From assembly GCF_009914755.1 (NCBI RefSeq), contig NC_060941.1: a stretch of 64,000 nt of DNA; one strand, 5' to 3'. This DNA is from the human T2T-CHM13v2.0 reference genome, Homo sapiens. Positions 45,809 to 64,000 of the stretch are shown piece after piece; the stretch's first letter is position 1, and every line of letters starts with the position of its first letter. The position numbers were made by a program, and so were the translations under genes. The notes under the pieces were generated by a model. That model saw nothing but the letters and a program-made list of their open reading frames with translations, had not been told where the DNA came from and did no database searches.

Positions 45809-45814
45809 TTTATC
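45809..45814 (-). terminator. MYH1: Candidate MYH1 polyadenylation signal, variant GATAAA
   Basis: No AATAAA in the ~120 nt after the stop; GATAAA followed by U/GU-rich cttgtgagtctctttttcc. Confidence 0.6.
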
Positions 45815-45899
45815 TCCAAAAGTCATAAGTACAAAATGGAGTGACAAAGATTTTCACATTTTGTGCATTTCTTTGGTCACCTTTCAGCAGTTAGATAAA

Positions 45900-63166
<17,267 letters not shown>

Positions 63167-63398
63167 CTAAATGAGTTGAAAATACAAATTAGCATTCAAT
63201 TTATAATGAAATCTTCTCTTTGAAAGGGGTGTTTTTTTAGTTAGCCAAATTGCCCTCTTAGGATGGTATCGTTTTGTCCTACCTATACCTACACAATGAA
63301 GTTTTTGCTGCTGTTAGCATACTTGTTAAAATTGTCTCTTCAACACCTGTCAACAAGCTCTGAATGATGCTTTCCTATGCAATAAAAAAAAGTTGTTT

Positions 63399-63660
63399 GG
63401 AGCTGGAGGCCATTATTCTTAGCAAACTAACGCAGGAACAGAAAACCAAATACTGTATGTTCTCACATATAAGTGGGAGCTAAATGATGAGAACACATGG
63501 ACACATAGAGGGAAACAGCACACACTGGGGCCTATTGGAGGGTGGAGAGTGGGAGGAGGGAGGGGATCAGAAAAAATAACTTATGGGTACTAGGCTTCAT
63601 ACGTGGGCGACACAGCTTACCTATGTCGCAAACCTTCACATGGACCCCTGAACTTAAAAG
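63399..63660 (+). mobile_element. L1PA-type 3'-end fragment
   Basis: ggagctggaggccattattcttagcaaactaacgcaggaacagaaaaccaaatac...cccctgaacttaaaa. Confidence 0.85.
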
Positions 63661-63809
63661 TTTTTTTTTTAAAAGTTGTTTGGTTTTTATAGTATTTGTT
63701 TTTGTTAGTCAGAGGTTTCTTAATGATTATGATTATGTTGTAAACTAGCTAAATTTGCTAGATCTGAGCCATTATGGTCTGTATGTTGTCCTTAATAATA
63801 AAAATTCAA

Positions 63810-64000
63810 CAGCTAATATTTGGTGAACATTTACTCTACAGTAGACACTATGCTGAGTGCCTTGTATAAGTTACTGCATTTAATCCTCACAGCTACCTTT
63901 GTAGGTGGTATCATTTGCTCATTTCATGGGTGAGGAAACACTATTAGGGAGGCTAAGTAACTTGTGTAAGACCATGGTAGTAAGGGTCATGGCAGGAACC
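63810..64000 (-). mobile_element. MIR SINE
   Basis: catttaatcctcacagctacc...tgaggaaac...ctaagtaacttg. Confidence 0.7.

Overview
Human-like genomic DNA; a young AluYa5 and the myosin peptides point to the chr17p13 fast skeletal myosin heavy chain cluster. Two tandem genes lie on the minus strand. MYH4 (MyHC-IIb) runs from its promoter and non-coding exons 1-2 (~23.0 kb) through coding exons 3-35 (20237..504); its 3' end is outside the window. MYH1 (MyHC-IIx) is present from exon 15 (63166) to its stop codon (45900) and 3' UTR. I traced all coding exons by hand: all are GT-AG bounded and keep phase, and MYH4 exons 3-35 plus MYH1 exons 36-40 sum to 1939 codons plus stop. The ~22.7 kb intergenic region holds L2/MIR relics, a 32-bp degenerate minisatellite and an old L1 carrying nested insertions (full-length THE1, two MST LTRs, a MER11 solo LTR, an Alu). 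Best second-look items: an ungapped ~88%-identical copy of the MYH4 exon 28 acceptor inside intron 30 that could act as a truncating terminal exon; a 302-bp MYH1/MYH4 gene-conversion tract covering a whole intron; broken CArG/MEF2 sites in the MYH4 promoter; six AAG acceptors in MYH4; a DUX4-type motif in a THE1 LTR pointing at MYH4. No prokaryotic systems, RNA genes or CRISPR arrays are supported. Repeat subfamily calls come from remembered consensus sequences, not a database search.
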